Shown one piece after another: positions 21,743 to 34,120 of a DNA stretch of 64,000 bases; within the stretch, counting starts at the first letter, position 1, and each line of letters begins with the position of its first letter. The DNA is taken from positions 242,110,001 through 242,174,000 of the forward strand of contig OZ024740.1 in assembly GCA_964016885.1 (NCBI GenBank), written 5' to 3'. This DNA is from Eledone cirrhosa. Its lineage: Eukaryota. The notes below the pieces were generated by a model. That model was given only the letters and a program-made list of their open reading frames with translations, did no database searches and was not told where the DNA came from. Made by a program: the position numbers and the translations under genes.

Positions 21743-23725
21743 ATGGACGACTCACAGCTACACCAGGCTGACAGCCTGCTTCACAAACTAATACCTCACA
21801 CCAACACCACCATTGTAAATATTACTACGTTTGCCAACACTAAAAATATAAGCAGTAGCAATAATTTAAATTTGTCTCATGCAGACATTCATTTCCCGCC
21901 ATTACCAATGACTGCAGGTGTTGAAGCCGCCACCCCCACCACCACCACAGCGACAACAGAATCCCCCCCCACCAAAAAAAAAAATTATCTCGTGACATCG
22001 AAATGGATTCACCCAAAATCAACTCTTCCACACCGAACACCTCTGACGCCACGCCACGCCACCACCACCACAACTGAAACTAAAAATAAAAATAACAAAA
22101 ATACCAATAATAACAACAGCAACAACAACAATGAGAATAACAACACCTTGTTGTTTGCCAAAGCAGCCAAAAAATGCGAAACAATCTAGGTAACTCAGGA
22201 GGAATTAAATGAAACCAAGAGAATGGTAAAGAAAGATGGGTACAGGGTCGCCCCCCCCCCCCCCCCCCCGACCCCCACCCCCCACCTAATAAAATGGAGC
22301 ATCGGCGCCTATGCACCGTGTCTTATCGGACGATTAACATAAAATCGCGCCGAGTGGAACGGGCATCCGAATCCCAAATCCGAAAAGCTTTGGGACATGT
22401 GTGGGCAAAAAAATCCACATCAGACGTGGGCAGAAATATAGAACCGTGGACGTGTTCTTTGGAACACGACAGGAGGCCAGAGAGCACTCCATGGCCCCAT
22501 TAAGAAGCGACGACTTCACACTCGTCCCAAGCTATTGTGGCCAGATACTCGTAAAGATCAGGGTGACCCACAATCCACCGGCCATCGAAATTCCCTGGCG
22601 AATGGCTGCCGTCCTCGCCGGCATCGAGGCCAACACCAAAATAATAGAAATAGCAAAAGAAAAGCAGGAGAACTGGTCCGGATCTGGGATGGAGCTCTTG
22701 ATCCAAGCGGACCAAAAAAGCATTGAGGAGATCCCAGGGGTAATATACCTCACTGACGGCAGCCACCTCACCATAATCGTCGAGGGTAGAAGGCCTAGGT
22801 GTGTCGTTTGTGGTGAAGGAACCCACCAAAGGGCTTTCTGCCTTCAGGCTAAAAAGTTGAGGCCACCTCTCTTACCCACCCCAGTGACTCAACCATCAAC
22901 ACCACCAGCAGCAGAAATGGCAGCAACATATGTAGCAGCAACAACAGAAGCAACTGTGGCAGCAACAACCCCAGCAACAGTCGCAAAACCAACACCACCA
23001 CCACCAAACGCGCCAGAACTAACACCAGTGCCTACACAATCCACCACGCCACAACCAAAACCAACGCCTGTGGAGAATTTTCCACTCCCCGACCTATCGC
23101 AACTGGAGACAGATTGTGACGACGAGGAGTGGGTAACGGTATCAGGAAATAAGAAAAAAAAGAAAAAGAAGCCAAAAAAGAAAAAAATCCTCTTCCTTCC
23201 CCCTCCAAAAACAAAATATTGAGGGAAACAAATAAACTATCAAACAAAAAAGTTAGGACAGCTATGTCACCATCCACACCAGCATCACCAACCCCATCAC
23301 CACAAATACCAACACCATCACCATCATTAACCCCAACACCATCATCACCAACACCACAAAAGTCACCAAAAAGCGAAACAGAAACAAACCCACAACAAAC
23401 GCAGACAAAACAAAACAACCAAAACGATACACACTACACAACATTAAATTTGAACAACAACCAATTATTACACTACATCCAACACAACACCAGCATCACA
23501 GAAAAAGACTACAGAACACCCCAAAAGTTCACACCACCTCCACACATACAAATCATTCGCATCACACAGAAAACGTACACGACACTAAAACAAAAATTCC
23601 CCAAAGACATCGGAGACTTCCGACAAGCACTCTCCAGGAGGATTTATAAGGACATCCTTCCGGAGGAGGCCTCAAGCAGTGAAAAGGATGGAGAAACCAT
23701 CCTTCCTCTACAAGAAGTAAGGTAA
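21743..23725 (+). pseudogene. Tx1-B ORF1 (gag-like; RRM-like region, CCHC knuckle, long Pro/Thr-rich tail), frameshifted
   Basis: IIVEGRRPRCVVCGEGTHQRAFC (C-X2-C-X4-H-X4-C); lies directly upstream of APE. Confidence 0.75.
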
Positions 23726-23759
23726 GTGGTCTTTCCCATCTTTTCCATTCCATTTCAAC

Positions 23760-26700
23760 ATGACCTCACTCAGAATAGGCAGCATAAATGCGTGTGGCTT
23801 GGGGTCACCATGGAAGCAGGGCTGACTACTCATCGACCTCAGGTCACTAAACATAGATGTAGTGGCCATCAGCGAGATCAGAATCTCCGAAGCACAGGCC
23901 TTCGCACCGATCTTCGGCGGCTACGATGTGTGCGCATCTCCCAGCCGTCCTGGATCGGGGGGGGGGGGGAGTTGCTGTGCTTTTTCGAAGAGGTTTGGAT
24001 CTCGCTATACGGGCCATCTTCCTGGATCCAGAACCCAGCAGGTAAGTTGGTGGTGCTGGACGTGACCAGCAGAGACGGGCAAGCTTTCAGGCTAGTGGCG
24101 GTCTATGCGCCGACAGGAGCAGGGCGGCCTGATTTCTTCCGGCGTCTGGAGACCTTTCTTGGAACATCCCGCTCTTTAGTGTTAGTGGGCGACTGGAACG
24201 GGATCTTAGATGCACGCTGGGACTGTTTGGGATTAGCGGATAGGGGAGGAGGGTGCAAGAGCCTCACCAACCTGCGTTTTGAACCGTCTGATAGGTACCG
24301 ATTGGATTTCCCGAATGTGCCAATGTGGACTTGGACAAACCGCGTCGGGTCATCCAGATCATATCTAGATAGAGTATTTTGTAGGGAAATAGATAGGTCT
24401 AGCATAGGCTGTCCACAATTCAAGATAGTCAGCTACACGGGCCACAAATTCGTGATCTGTGTCCTTGACTTAGATAGGCTTCATAGACGAGGACCCGGCT
24501 ACTGGAAGCTAAACGCGTCCTCAAGAAGCGCGCAAAGCCAACAGAGACCGGGTTAGCGAACTAGTTAAGCGGGCGTTGACGGGGGCCATCGTCAACAACA
24601 AGTGGCGGTGTGCTCTGAAAAGAGCGATTAGAATAGAGTTCATTAGGTTTAGTAAGGCTTTAGCTATAGAGAAAAATAGAGCAGAGGGTGAACTAGTTAG
24701 AAAATTAGACGAGGCGCTTAGCAAAGGCATCGTGACCGACGTACTTCCGGCGAAATTGGCCCTTGACCAATTCTTCAATGCAAAGCACGAAGGCTGCGTT
24801 GTCAGAGCTAGGGTGCGTGCTCTCAGACACGAGGGGACGAAAGCCGTTAATAGGCCCAAGTGGCGGAGGCGCGTCCTAGCAACAAAGCCACGATCCGGTC
24901 TTTGGTGGACCACGAAGGGCGCATGCTACTCGATCCCGGACAAATGTGTGAAGCTTTTCGCTCAACTGTTCTGGGGCAACGGGGGGACGGATCGAGGGAT
25001 GGACTTTAGTGTCTACCTCGACGGATTGCTGCGGCTCTCGGCCACTGAGGCAGAGTGTTGCGAAAAGCCGATAACAGCTGCTGAAGCACGGGAGGCAATG
25101 ACTGGCTGCACAAGGGTTAAATCACCTGGTTTGGATGGTCTGCCCTATGAATTTTACGTACAGATGCCAGACTTGTTCGGAGGCCTCTTGGCGGACGTCT
25201 ACTGCAACTGGCAACAGAACGGGAGAATTCCCAGCTCTGTGAGCCGAGGAGCTGTGGCGTTGCTGAGAAAGGATCCGAACAAGGGGTATAACGTAGATAA
25301 TTTCAGGCCCATAACATTGCTAAACACAGAGTTCAGATTTTGGCCAAGGTGCTTGCAAAGAGGTTGGCGCTTGTCGTTGGTGGTCTGGTGAGAGAGGCGC
25401 AGATATGCGCCATTCCCGACAGATCCATCCACGACAACCTCCACTTCATGCGATACATCGTAGAGAGGGTAGCTAGGGAACCTGGCAGGGGTGGGTCCTT
25501 GATCAATTTAGATCAGTCGAAAGCTTTCGATAGGGTCGACCAACGTTACCTAGCGGCAGTCGTGAGAGCAGCCTGCTTTGGGCCCGTCTTCAGAGGCTGG
25601 ATCGCTGCCATGCACAGCGACATCTGCTCTGTAGTGAGGGTGACCGGTCACCTTTCGGAACCGCTCAACATCATGCGCTTGGTCCGCCAAGGATGTCCCC
25701 TCTCGTCCCTCTTGTATATATTTACTCTCGAGTCATTACTGCACAAACTGGAGACGTTGAGGGGGTCCCGTGCGAACTAGGATGCGGAAGATCGGTGTCA
25801 GCATATGCGGACGATGTCACCGTAGTGGTATCGAACGCCAAACACATCGAGGCGATCGGCACTACACTAAGAGAATACGAAGCGGTGACAGGAGCAATGA
25901 TCAACCAGGAAAAGTCAGTGGGCCTGCAGCTCGGCACCTGGAGAAGCAGGTCCATGCCGTCCAACAGCGTCGTTGGGCGCTGGACGGACGGACCGGTTAA
26001 ATTGCTAGGAGTCTGGTTCGCTCCGGACCTCCAGACGGACAAAAACTGGGACGAGGGCAGAGAGGAAGCTATCCCTGAAAGGTCGAGCGAGGGTGTCTAA
26101 CGCGTACATCGCCTCCGTCATCTTCTACCGCCTGATCGTCGTACTTTGTCCTAAGCCTCGCCTGACTCCGCTGGAGCGTTTGCTCTTTCGCTTTTTGTGG
26201 AAGGGACGCGCTCCGATGGTCAAGCGGTCCATCTTCTGTCAACACCCGCTACGTGGAGATCTGAGCATGCCGTGGCTGATGATGCGCAGACACGCGCTCA
26301 GGCTACGACATCTCTGCCTCTTCCTCGACGGTGATCAAGTGTGGTCGCCGTTTGCTAGACGCGTCTTTCCCCAGCTCGTCTCCTTGACGGAGCGGCAGTC
26401 CTGGGTCAAGCGAAGACCGAGAGGGAGCGCTTGGAGACTGGAATGTCTTCAGACGCTCACAACCCTCGACCAATCGGGCAATGTGATCGGTGGAAACTCC
26501 ACCTTGGCGTTCTATATAGGATGAGTGGATAGGAAGAGCGACGACGTAATTGGGGAAACTCTAGGCGTCGACGAAAATCAACTAGCCAATCTCTTCGGAA
26601 GAACTTTCGGGCCCGGGCCTATGGATAACTTCCAGACATCCCTGGCAGTGCTACCGAGGAGCTTTGCCTTTTCGGGATAAACTCGACAGGCATGGAGGTG

Positions 26701-27127
26701 CCGTCAGCCGGGCATGTCCGAGATGCGCGCAGGGCGACGAAACCGTCCTGCACGCACTCGTCCAGTGTCCGAGCATTGCTGACTTGTGGGTTTATGTCGA
26801 ACACCTGCTGTCGCGTGTAGGACGGATCCAGCTATCAGCTGAGTCCATCGTGAGGATTCCCCCGCCCTCTTCCTTTAGCCGGGAAGGGTAGGCAGTTTTT
26901 ATCTGTCTGGTGGTCATGGCGAAATAGTATGGTGGACACGTTTGAAAGGGCTGAAGACGAGCACTTACCTCTTCGGTGATGCCCTGATTAACTTTTTCAA
27001 ATTTCATTTGAAAAGGAAAATCAGAGTAGAGAGGGAAGTGCTCTCTACCCAGCATTTTGTTGAAAGATGGGTAAGAGAGGCAAGAATGGCCCGTGTCTAT
27101 GGGCCTACTCTGAGTATGTGTCTGTAA
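23760..27127 (+). pseudogene. Tx1-B ORF2 (APE endonuclease, RT, CCHC), multiple frameshifts
   Basis: MTSLRIGSINACGL, VAISE, AVYAP, LVGDWN, SYLDRV, GPGYWKLN, KSPGLDGLP, SAYADD, CPRCAQGDETVLHALVQC. Confidence 0.9.
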
Positions 27128-27357
27128 ATTAAAGGTGGAAAACTGGGAGAGGGCACTTGTCCTGGTAGTCAGGGTCACTGTGGCTTTTTAATGGGCTTTC
27201 TCCACGACGTCCCTCGGAAGTCTCCCCCTATTGGGGAATTTTTCATTGTTCTTTTTTTGTTACATCCTCTGTTTTTGTTTTTTACACGCAGAAATGCCCG
27301 TTTGTACCGTCCTGTATTGTCCTGTACTGTCCATAATGTCTACTTTATGTAAACCCT

Positions 27358-27406
27358 TCAGTAATGCCCTGGGTAATTGCTGGCCTTGTGCCTAAAGTAG
27401 AAACAA
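27358..27406 (+). mobile_element. SINE 3' tail fused directly to the clipped Tx1-B 3' UTR
   Basis: ..TAAACCCTT|CAGTAATGCCCTGGGTAATTGCTGGCCTTGTGCCTAAAGTAGAAAC. Confidence 0.8.
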
Positions 27407-27430
27407 TTATTATTATTATTATTATTATTG

Positions 27431-27616
27431 TCAGTGGATTGGCAGTATCGTTAGAGGGTCGGACGCCATGCTTTGACACAAAGAGTTACGGCCCTTTCCA
27501 TTCTGAGTTCAAATCCCGCCGAGGTTAACTTTGCCTTTCATCCTAACGGGGTCGATAAAATAAAGTACCAGTAATGCACTGGGATAGTTGCTGGCCTCGT
27601 GCCAAAAGTAGAAACA

Positions 27617-27617
<1 letters not shown>
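27431..27617 (+). mobile_element. Full-length tRNA-derived SINE in (ATT)n
   Basis: A-box-like TGGCAGTATCG, B-box GAGTTCAAATCC, core GCCTTTCATCC..GGGGTCGATAAAATAAAGTACCAG, tail, ATT. Confidence 0.9.
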
Positions 27618-27652
<35 letters not shown>

Positions 27653-27663
27653 GTTATTGTTAT

Positions 27664-28926
27664 TCCTTGAATCTCAGTCATTGATGTTGGTTAACTGGAA
27701 AGTCCGTTGGATTGAATATCAAGCCACTACCTGCAGCCTCAGATATTCAGGACGTATCGGAGGGTTCTTGCTGTTCCAAGCAAGCATGCCTTTTGAAGCG
27801 TTCCAAAAAGCGTGAAGGGGCCGATTTTCTTTAACCATCCCTGGAAACTTTTGGAGATAGTCCCCAGTGCGCCTATGACAATCGGGATCACTTTGACTTC
27901 ATGGCAGTTCCAAATCCTTTTCACCTCCCACTTTAGGTCCTGGTATCGGTTAATTTTCTCCCTCTCCTTCTCTTGCACTCTCGTGTCGAACGGGCAGGCC
28001 ACATCCACAATCATGCACGATCTTTTTTCTTTGTCCACAACCACCAGGTCAGCTCTATTGTGTTCCAGTTTTTTGTCCGTCTGTATCCTAAAATCCCACA
28101 GCACCTTCACCTGATTGTTCTCCATCACCGCCTCTGGCCTATGCTCATACCATTTCTCAGAATGTGGTAGATTGTTTACTTTGCACAGGTGCCAGTGGAT
28201 CACCCTGCCCATCACATCGTGTCTCCAGCCCTTATAGTGGGTCTGGGCTAGGTGTTTACACTCGGACACAATGTGAGCCACAGTCTCCTCTCTCTCTCCA
28301 CAGATCCTGCACAGTGGGCTAGCCTCCTCCTTGTAGATATGGTGCTTCAACCACTTCGTTTTGAGGGCCTGCTCCTGCGCAGCCATTAGCATTCCTTCTG
28401 TAGCCTATTTGAGGTCTCCTCTTCTCAACCAGTTCCATGTCTGTGGATCTCTAAATTCAGTTTTCTCAAAGAAGGTACTATGAAGGGATTTTCCCTTAAG
28501 GCTGCTCTTCCTCCTTGATGTTATTTCCTCCTTGGACATCCCCTGGCCTACTGTCCCCTCCTTCAGTACAGTTCTGAGCATTGGCTCCTTACTATAGGTC
28601 ACGTATTTGTATAGGTTGTTTTTCTCCATCTGAACACAGTGCTCTATGCTGATAAGACCTCTTCCACCCTCAGATCTCCTTAGGTAGAGTCTATCGACAT
28701 CACTCCTCTTGTGGAACATGTTGTAGATAGTCAATAGCTTCCTAGTCTTCCTATCCATTTCTTTTTGTTCAGCAACATTCCATCTCAGAATTCCCGCACT
28801 GTACCTAATAATAGACACAGCTCGGGAATTTACTGCGCTTATGGCATTTCTGCTGTTCAGATGTGACTTCAATACGCTCCTTACTCTCCGAATGTATTCA
28901 GTTCTTAACAATTCCTTCATTTTTTT

Positions 28927-28928
<2 letters not shown>
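27664..28928 (-). mobile_element. Dong-A copy 4 (5'-truncated, one nonsense mutation at ~28405)
   Basis: ORFs 27739-28392 and 28405-28920 nearly identical to copy 1; ATT tracts on both sides. Confidence 0.93.
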
Positions 28929-28990
<62 letters not shown>

Positions 28991-29101
28991 CGGTGGGGTC
29001 GTGGGAGCAGAGATTTCAGACACGCCTCCAGAGCTCATAGATATTATCAAACCATCTTGCTCGTGGTCTACCCCTGGTTGGTTTTGTCCGGAAAATCTGT
29101 C
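28991..29101 (-). mobile_element. RTE (Expander/Rex3-like) 3'-end fragment with (TAA)n tail
   Basis: Minus strand encodes QIFRTKPTRGRPRARWFDNI and LKSLLPRP; DNA matches the RTE end at 53713-53757. Confidence 0.7.
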
Positions 29102-29879
29102 CAGAGTCAATAAAATAAAAGTACCAGCTGAAGTTGTGGAAACGGTAAAAATGTTAGAACGTATTTGTTTCGGCTTTTTGCGTTCTTAGTTCTTGGATGA
29201 AAGATTTAAATCGCTCACCCGGTTTGACAATTCTTCCTGTTCCTTGTGTACCTATAAAAAAACTCACTCCATAGCATGCTTTCGGGTTATGTCCTTTGTA
29301 TGAGGGCAACGTCTATCCAACTGAAACCAGTCTTTTGCTAGTATTTTATATATTTCATACTAAAAAGTTAACCCAAACAAACGAAACATTAATAGTGTTT
29401 TTTAAGTTCATTGATGAGAACAATAGCAATAACGAAAAAAAAACAAAAAAAAAAAACAATGCCAGACTGGTTGGAATAGCGTTGTTAAATTTTCGAAATT
29501 CGTTTCGCTAGAAAAGTAGTCTAAATTATTTCGTTGTGTATATAAGAAAAAGAAAACAGTTAGAACAAAAAACAAAATATGTTTGTGTTTTCCAAACCTT
29601 TCAATCCATTTTAAAATATCTTACCAATTACGCCAAGAACATATGCCGGAAACATTTTAGTTGAAGGATTTACTGGTGGAGAGGCATATTCTCAGTAAAA
29701 TACAACAAACAGAACAAGTATACACATGTATGCAAGCTTGTTGCCAATTGGATTTGCTAAGTCCAAGACACGGACACTGGCAATAACAGTGCCATCAAAA
29801 CACTGCCACAACACACACTGCAACCATATCTGTTTCGGTCGATTAATGCTCCAACAAAGAGTCTCTTCCGAGCCGACTT

Positions 29880-30540
29880 CGCCTGTCCTGACCGCGATCT
29901 TTCCTTCTCAGCCTACTTGACAGTGTTGACAAAGAATGATGAACGCATTAGGTCCCTCTCAGTGGGAAACGGAAAACGTTTTTCGGCAACATATCCCCGT
30001 AGATCAGTTGTGGAAGAATTCAACAGAGAAGTTTAACTTGTCGAGCTTGGAGTATGCGTTAAAAGTGGTGGTGATGGAGGCAACTGCTCAACTAGTCAGA
30101 TATTTTACTGAATATGCACCCTCATCATCACCTCTTCTCCTGGCAAAGTGTTGCAAAAGGCCTTTAATAGTGTTAAAAGTGACCATATTCTAGAGACATG
30201 TCCTCCCTCTGGTGCATCTTTTTTCGAAGCAACCAGATTGGTCATAGCTGCTAGCAACATTATCACAACCATTGCAGGAATGCAGCAAGGTGACCCACAC
30301 GATCACTCTACTTTGCGTTAGCTGCCGACGACATTACCAACTTTATCAACTCACCGTTCAATCTCGATCCGTACAACCAGTGTTCTCTATCACTGTCATT
30401 TTTCTCCACAAAATCGGGAAAATTGCATCCTACATGGAGAAGGATCTCTGTGAAGTGGAATGGTTGATTCATTGGATTTTACGGGCTGTTCTCAATGGCA
30501 AGGATTTCATCCTTTTGTCCGTTGGTGGCAGCTGAGATAT
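29880..30540 (+). pseudogene. CRE-like non-LTR retrotransposon remnant (RT joined to C-terminus, internally deleted)
   Basis: Frameshifted motifs RIRSLSVG, LGVCVKSG, EATAQLVR, KAFNSVKSDHIL, AGMQQGDP, EWLIHWILRAVLNG. Confidence 0.65.
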
Positions 30541-31315
30541 ATTACCAATACAGCGGTGTAGAGTCTGCCAGACTCTTTCCATCCCTCCATTTTTTTAATT
30601 TAGTTTTGTCACCCTTCCTGTTTATTATGCGAAATATTTATATAAATATCATTTGTTTATTTTAACATAGGAGAACTTATGAATGGAAAGCGAATGTTTA
30701 TAATGTTTTAACGTTTTCTATTCACTATTCTTTCTTTTTGACGAATAGAACGTACATAAAGGACAATTATAACTGTCTTTTTTTTATATTTATTTTTCAT
30801 ATATTTACCTAGGTTTTTACTATAGTTTTCAAGTTTATGAGTTCATATATATATATATTTCTTTCGTCCTTCTTTTGTGCCGTTTGTTTTATCACACACA
30901 CATCATACCAGCAGAAAGATTTAGTTTTCTGTTGCACGATCCACCATTTTAAAATCCAGCAATTAAGTCGTGCGAAACTATTTTGTTGGTTTGAGAGCTG
31001 ATGTGTGTGTGAACTTGTCTTGTACATTGCTTTCATTTATTTCCTCTTCCTGTCACTTCTCTGCTCCAGCGCACTTCTCCTTCTCCCCCTCCTATTTCAA
31101 TATTTTCTATATTGCATCTGCATATCACCCACATAGTGGATTATCTCTTAGTTGACCACGGGCCTCTGGTCTCAGTCCACTGAGTCATTTTTGCCCATCG
31201 ATATCTTTGACAGCATTTAACTGTTTTATGGGCTTTTCTACCGATGATTTTTCTTATTTCTATATGTATTTAAATACACCCACGCTTCGTCTCGATCAGA
31301 GATAATGATTTTTTC

Positions 31316-31382
<67 letters not shown>

Positions 31383-31447
31383 TATATATATATATAGGTG
31401 TTCATATATATATATATATGTGTGTTAATATATATATATATATTAAG

Positions 31448-31956
31448 GTGTTCATAGCCTTCAGCTATGAATTTGGAAACTGATGACGTAGCGCCATCTA
31501 GCAGATTCCAGCAAATGCAAAGGGTGGGTAACTGACGACAACATCGTTTCTGACTCTGGGGTCATTATCAAGAGAGTGCTTCCTTACCCTGATCTCTGCT
31601 GAAACTCAACATAGGCGAAACCGTATAGATTTGACACCTATGTCCATGGGTTGAATAGCGTTATTTTCATATAGATCTATCGGCTGGCTCGGCAGGAAAA
31701 TAGAATTAAGGCGTTCGCTCTAATATAGCTGGTCGTTATAATATATAATCCTATTTTCCGGCTGAGCCAGCCAATAACTCCATATGCAAATGAGGCTAAT
31801 CAACCCGTACATAGGTGTCAAAACTATATGTTTTCGCCTATATAGAGTTACAGCAGAGATCTGGTTAAGGGAGCACTGTCATAATAAGGACTAGAGTCAG
31901 AAACGACGTCGTCGACGGTTACCCGCCCTTTGTGGACATATCCTGTCTATGAACAC
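31448..31956. mobile_element. Fold-back MITE
   Basis: Termini GTGTTCATAG/CTATGAACAC with TA nearby; ~190-bp imperfect inverted arms 31519-31708/31746-31932. Confidence 0.75.
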
Positions 31957-31959
31957 GTA

Positions 31960-32930
31960 GCTTCACTGCCTAAAAGAACCCATCTATCCTGAAAGAGAAG
32001 GAATGCGTTGGCTTTGCGCAGTGTGTAAGCCTATCCAGCAGCCTTCGGCAAACTAGAAAGTAAGACATTCCGAAGGTGCTTAGCCTCGGGATTTAGTTTA
32101 TCTCCATCTCTAGCTACGGAGAACAAATCTTGGAAGTTACTGGTTTAAGTATGGCAGTGATTGGGTTCAAGCACAGATAGAACAGGATCTGTTATTCAGA
32201 AAACCGCATAGTAGAGGCCCATGGTATTTAGTTGCTATCAACTGAAACTGAGTGGCAGTTATTTTTCGGCAGAGATCTGTGTGATTGAGCAGTCCTACTT
32301 TGCTCACTCCAAGGAAGGTCTTCGAAAAGGTAACCTAACAATTACTCACTAATCCACTTACAATTATTACAGGATCATTCCGCTATTGCGTTCGAAACAC
32401 TGTACAATTCAGCCTAAAAAGGGATATCATAGAAGATAAGGACTCTCTTTAAATCGCATAGCAGCCGTGACAGACATCACAGGACAATAGTGTTGATCAA
32501 TGAAGAGTTGAAGCGCTATAACATTGAATCAGCCACCGTGAATGATCCTAGGCCACTTGACCAATGCTCTCTATCAGGAGAAGGAATGAGTTGCATTTGG
32601 CTCTGGAAGGTTTCCATGGACGACTGGCCTTCATAAACACTTTTCTATCAAGTCTCAAAGAAACACTAGTTTGAATTAGAGAAAAACTAATAACATTCCG
32701 TATTGCCCTATCAAAGAAACACAATGCCACACTTCTTTAATGCATTATTCATTAACTTTTTAACTGAAAATGTGGCCAAGGAATTCTTTTATCAGGTATT
32801 TGTTGAAGCTGTTTGCTAGATCCTTAATCACAATGTATTCTTACTTGGAGATTTCAACGCCATGGTACAACAAAACAGCAGGGTATGGAGTGGAGTATTA
32901 GACGAATATGGTATTGAAAAACTTGTGAAA
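31960..32930 (+). pseudogene. Degenerate RTE-like LINE 5' region / APE endonuclease
   Basis: LINEELKRYNIE, LLGDFNAMVQQNSRVWSGVLDEYGIE. Confidence 0.6.
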
Positions 32931-33959
32931 GATATTTAATATTTTATAATAATTAGAATTCATTTAAAAAGTGTTTATGCCATTTGCTTTTCATACGGAT
33001 TGCCGTCACATTACTGGTCACCTCCTGGGCCAAGCCGCTCTCAACAAGATTTAGGCGCCGCTGGCCTCTATTCACAACATCGTGACTCGAGCCGGTTGGG
33101 TTGGGCCGAAGGGACAGCAAAATGCCAGATTACATAACGATTTTCTTGTTTTCTGGTTGTAAACTCCTAACTCGGGATGCAACACATAGTGCCACTTTTT
33201 CTAGCGGCAACTTGGTGCATTCAGTGAGAGACTCCGGTTTTATTACCCGACAAACTAAACACTGAAAACTGTTGAAGTATCGGTCGCTTTCCTAGGTTTG
33301 TATTTGAACAGTGGAGATATTCTCTCGCTATCCACCGAGGTAACTCTTTCTCCATTTTGCTCGCTCGGACCATAAGGTAGTCGTACCATGGGCTCCCCAC
33401 ATCGTTCGAGTTCATATGATTGGAGTAGCGATGTTAAAACTACTAATCTTTTTCTCATATTTTCTCTTTTAGAAAGACATAAATCTAAAGTAGCGAGCCA
33501 CTAACTATAGATGGAACCATATGCTGAAACCAATAATGGCAAGAAGATTTGTGACTTCCATCACAAGCAATCTAACGTGATATTTGAATTTCTGATAAAT
33601 TGTTCCCCGTTTAGACAAAGAAATAATCTTTTGTTGATGTGCGCTCTTGTACAGTATTCTAGGTATATTCACACTGCCTTTATAAATTGCACACATACAA
33701 TTCTTTTGATTATAAGATTTCACTGCTTCAGAACGTAAGTGTAAACGAAGGTGCTTGTTTTGTGCAGTATATTAGTATTATTATATGCAAACATCTATGC
33801 CGACTGAGGATAAAGAAGATTTGTATGAACGATGCATGGTTTCCTTTAAATTCAAACACCGTTATATATTATATTATTTATATATATTTTTTATTTATTT
33901 AAAATATGCACAGAAAAAGAAACAGTTTTTCAAATACAAATTCTACACACTTAGTTGAA

Positions 33960-34120
33960 TAACCTGTGCCAGCTGCGTTCGGTGGACAAGCGTTGCTTCG
34001 AAGAATAGCCAGTGATATCCACTGCATCAGCCATCCGACCTCACGGATTTCCTTTCTCAGGCATAAGGCTCATCCCGATCTAGTGAAAAAGAGCAGCAGG
34101 CAGAAGGTATCAATAGCAAT
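33960..34120 (-). pseudogene. CRE-like element C-terminal fragment
   Basis: REVGWLMQWISLAILRSNA, similar to RELELLFQRISLTILRGNA at ~9330. Confidence 0.6.

Larger units (their letters stand above)
21568..27357 (+). mobile_element. Apparently full-length Tx1/L1-clade LINE family B (decayed)
   Basis: 5' UTR, ORF1, ORF2 (APE-RT-CCHC) and a 3' UTR shared with the fragments at 10742 and 15283. Confidence 0.9.

Noticed and set aside
27431-27520. tRNA gene
   Set aside because: A/B boxes present but no cloverleaf; followed by SINE core and tail, and multicopy
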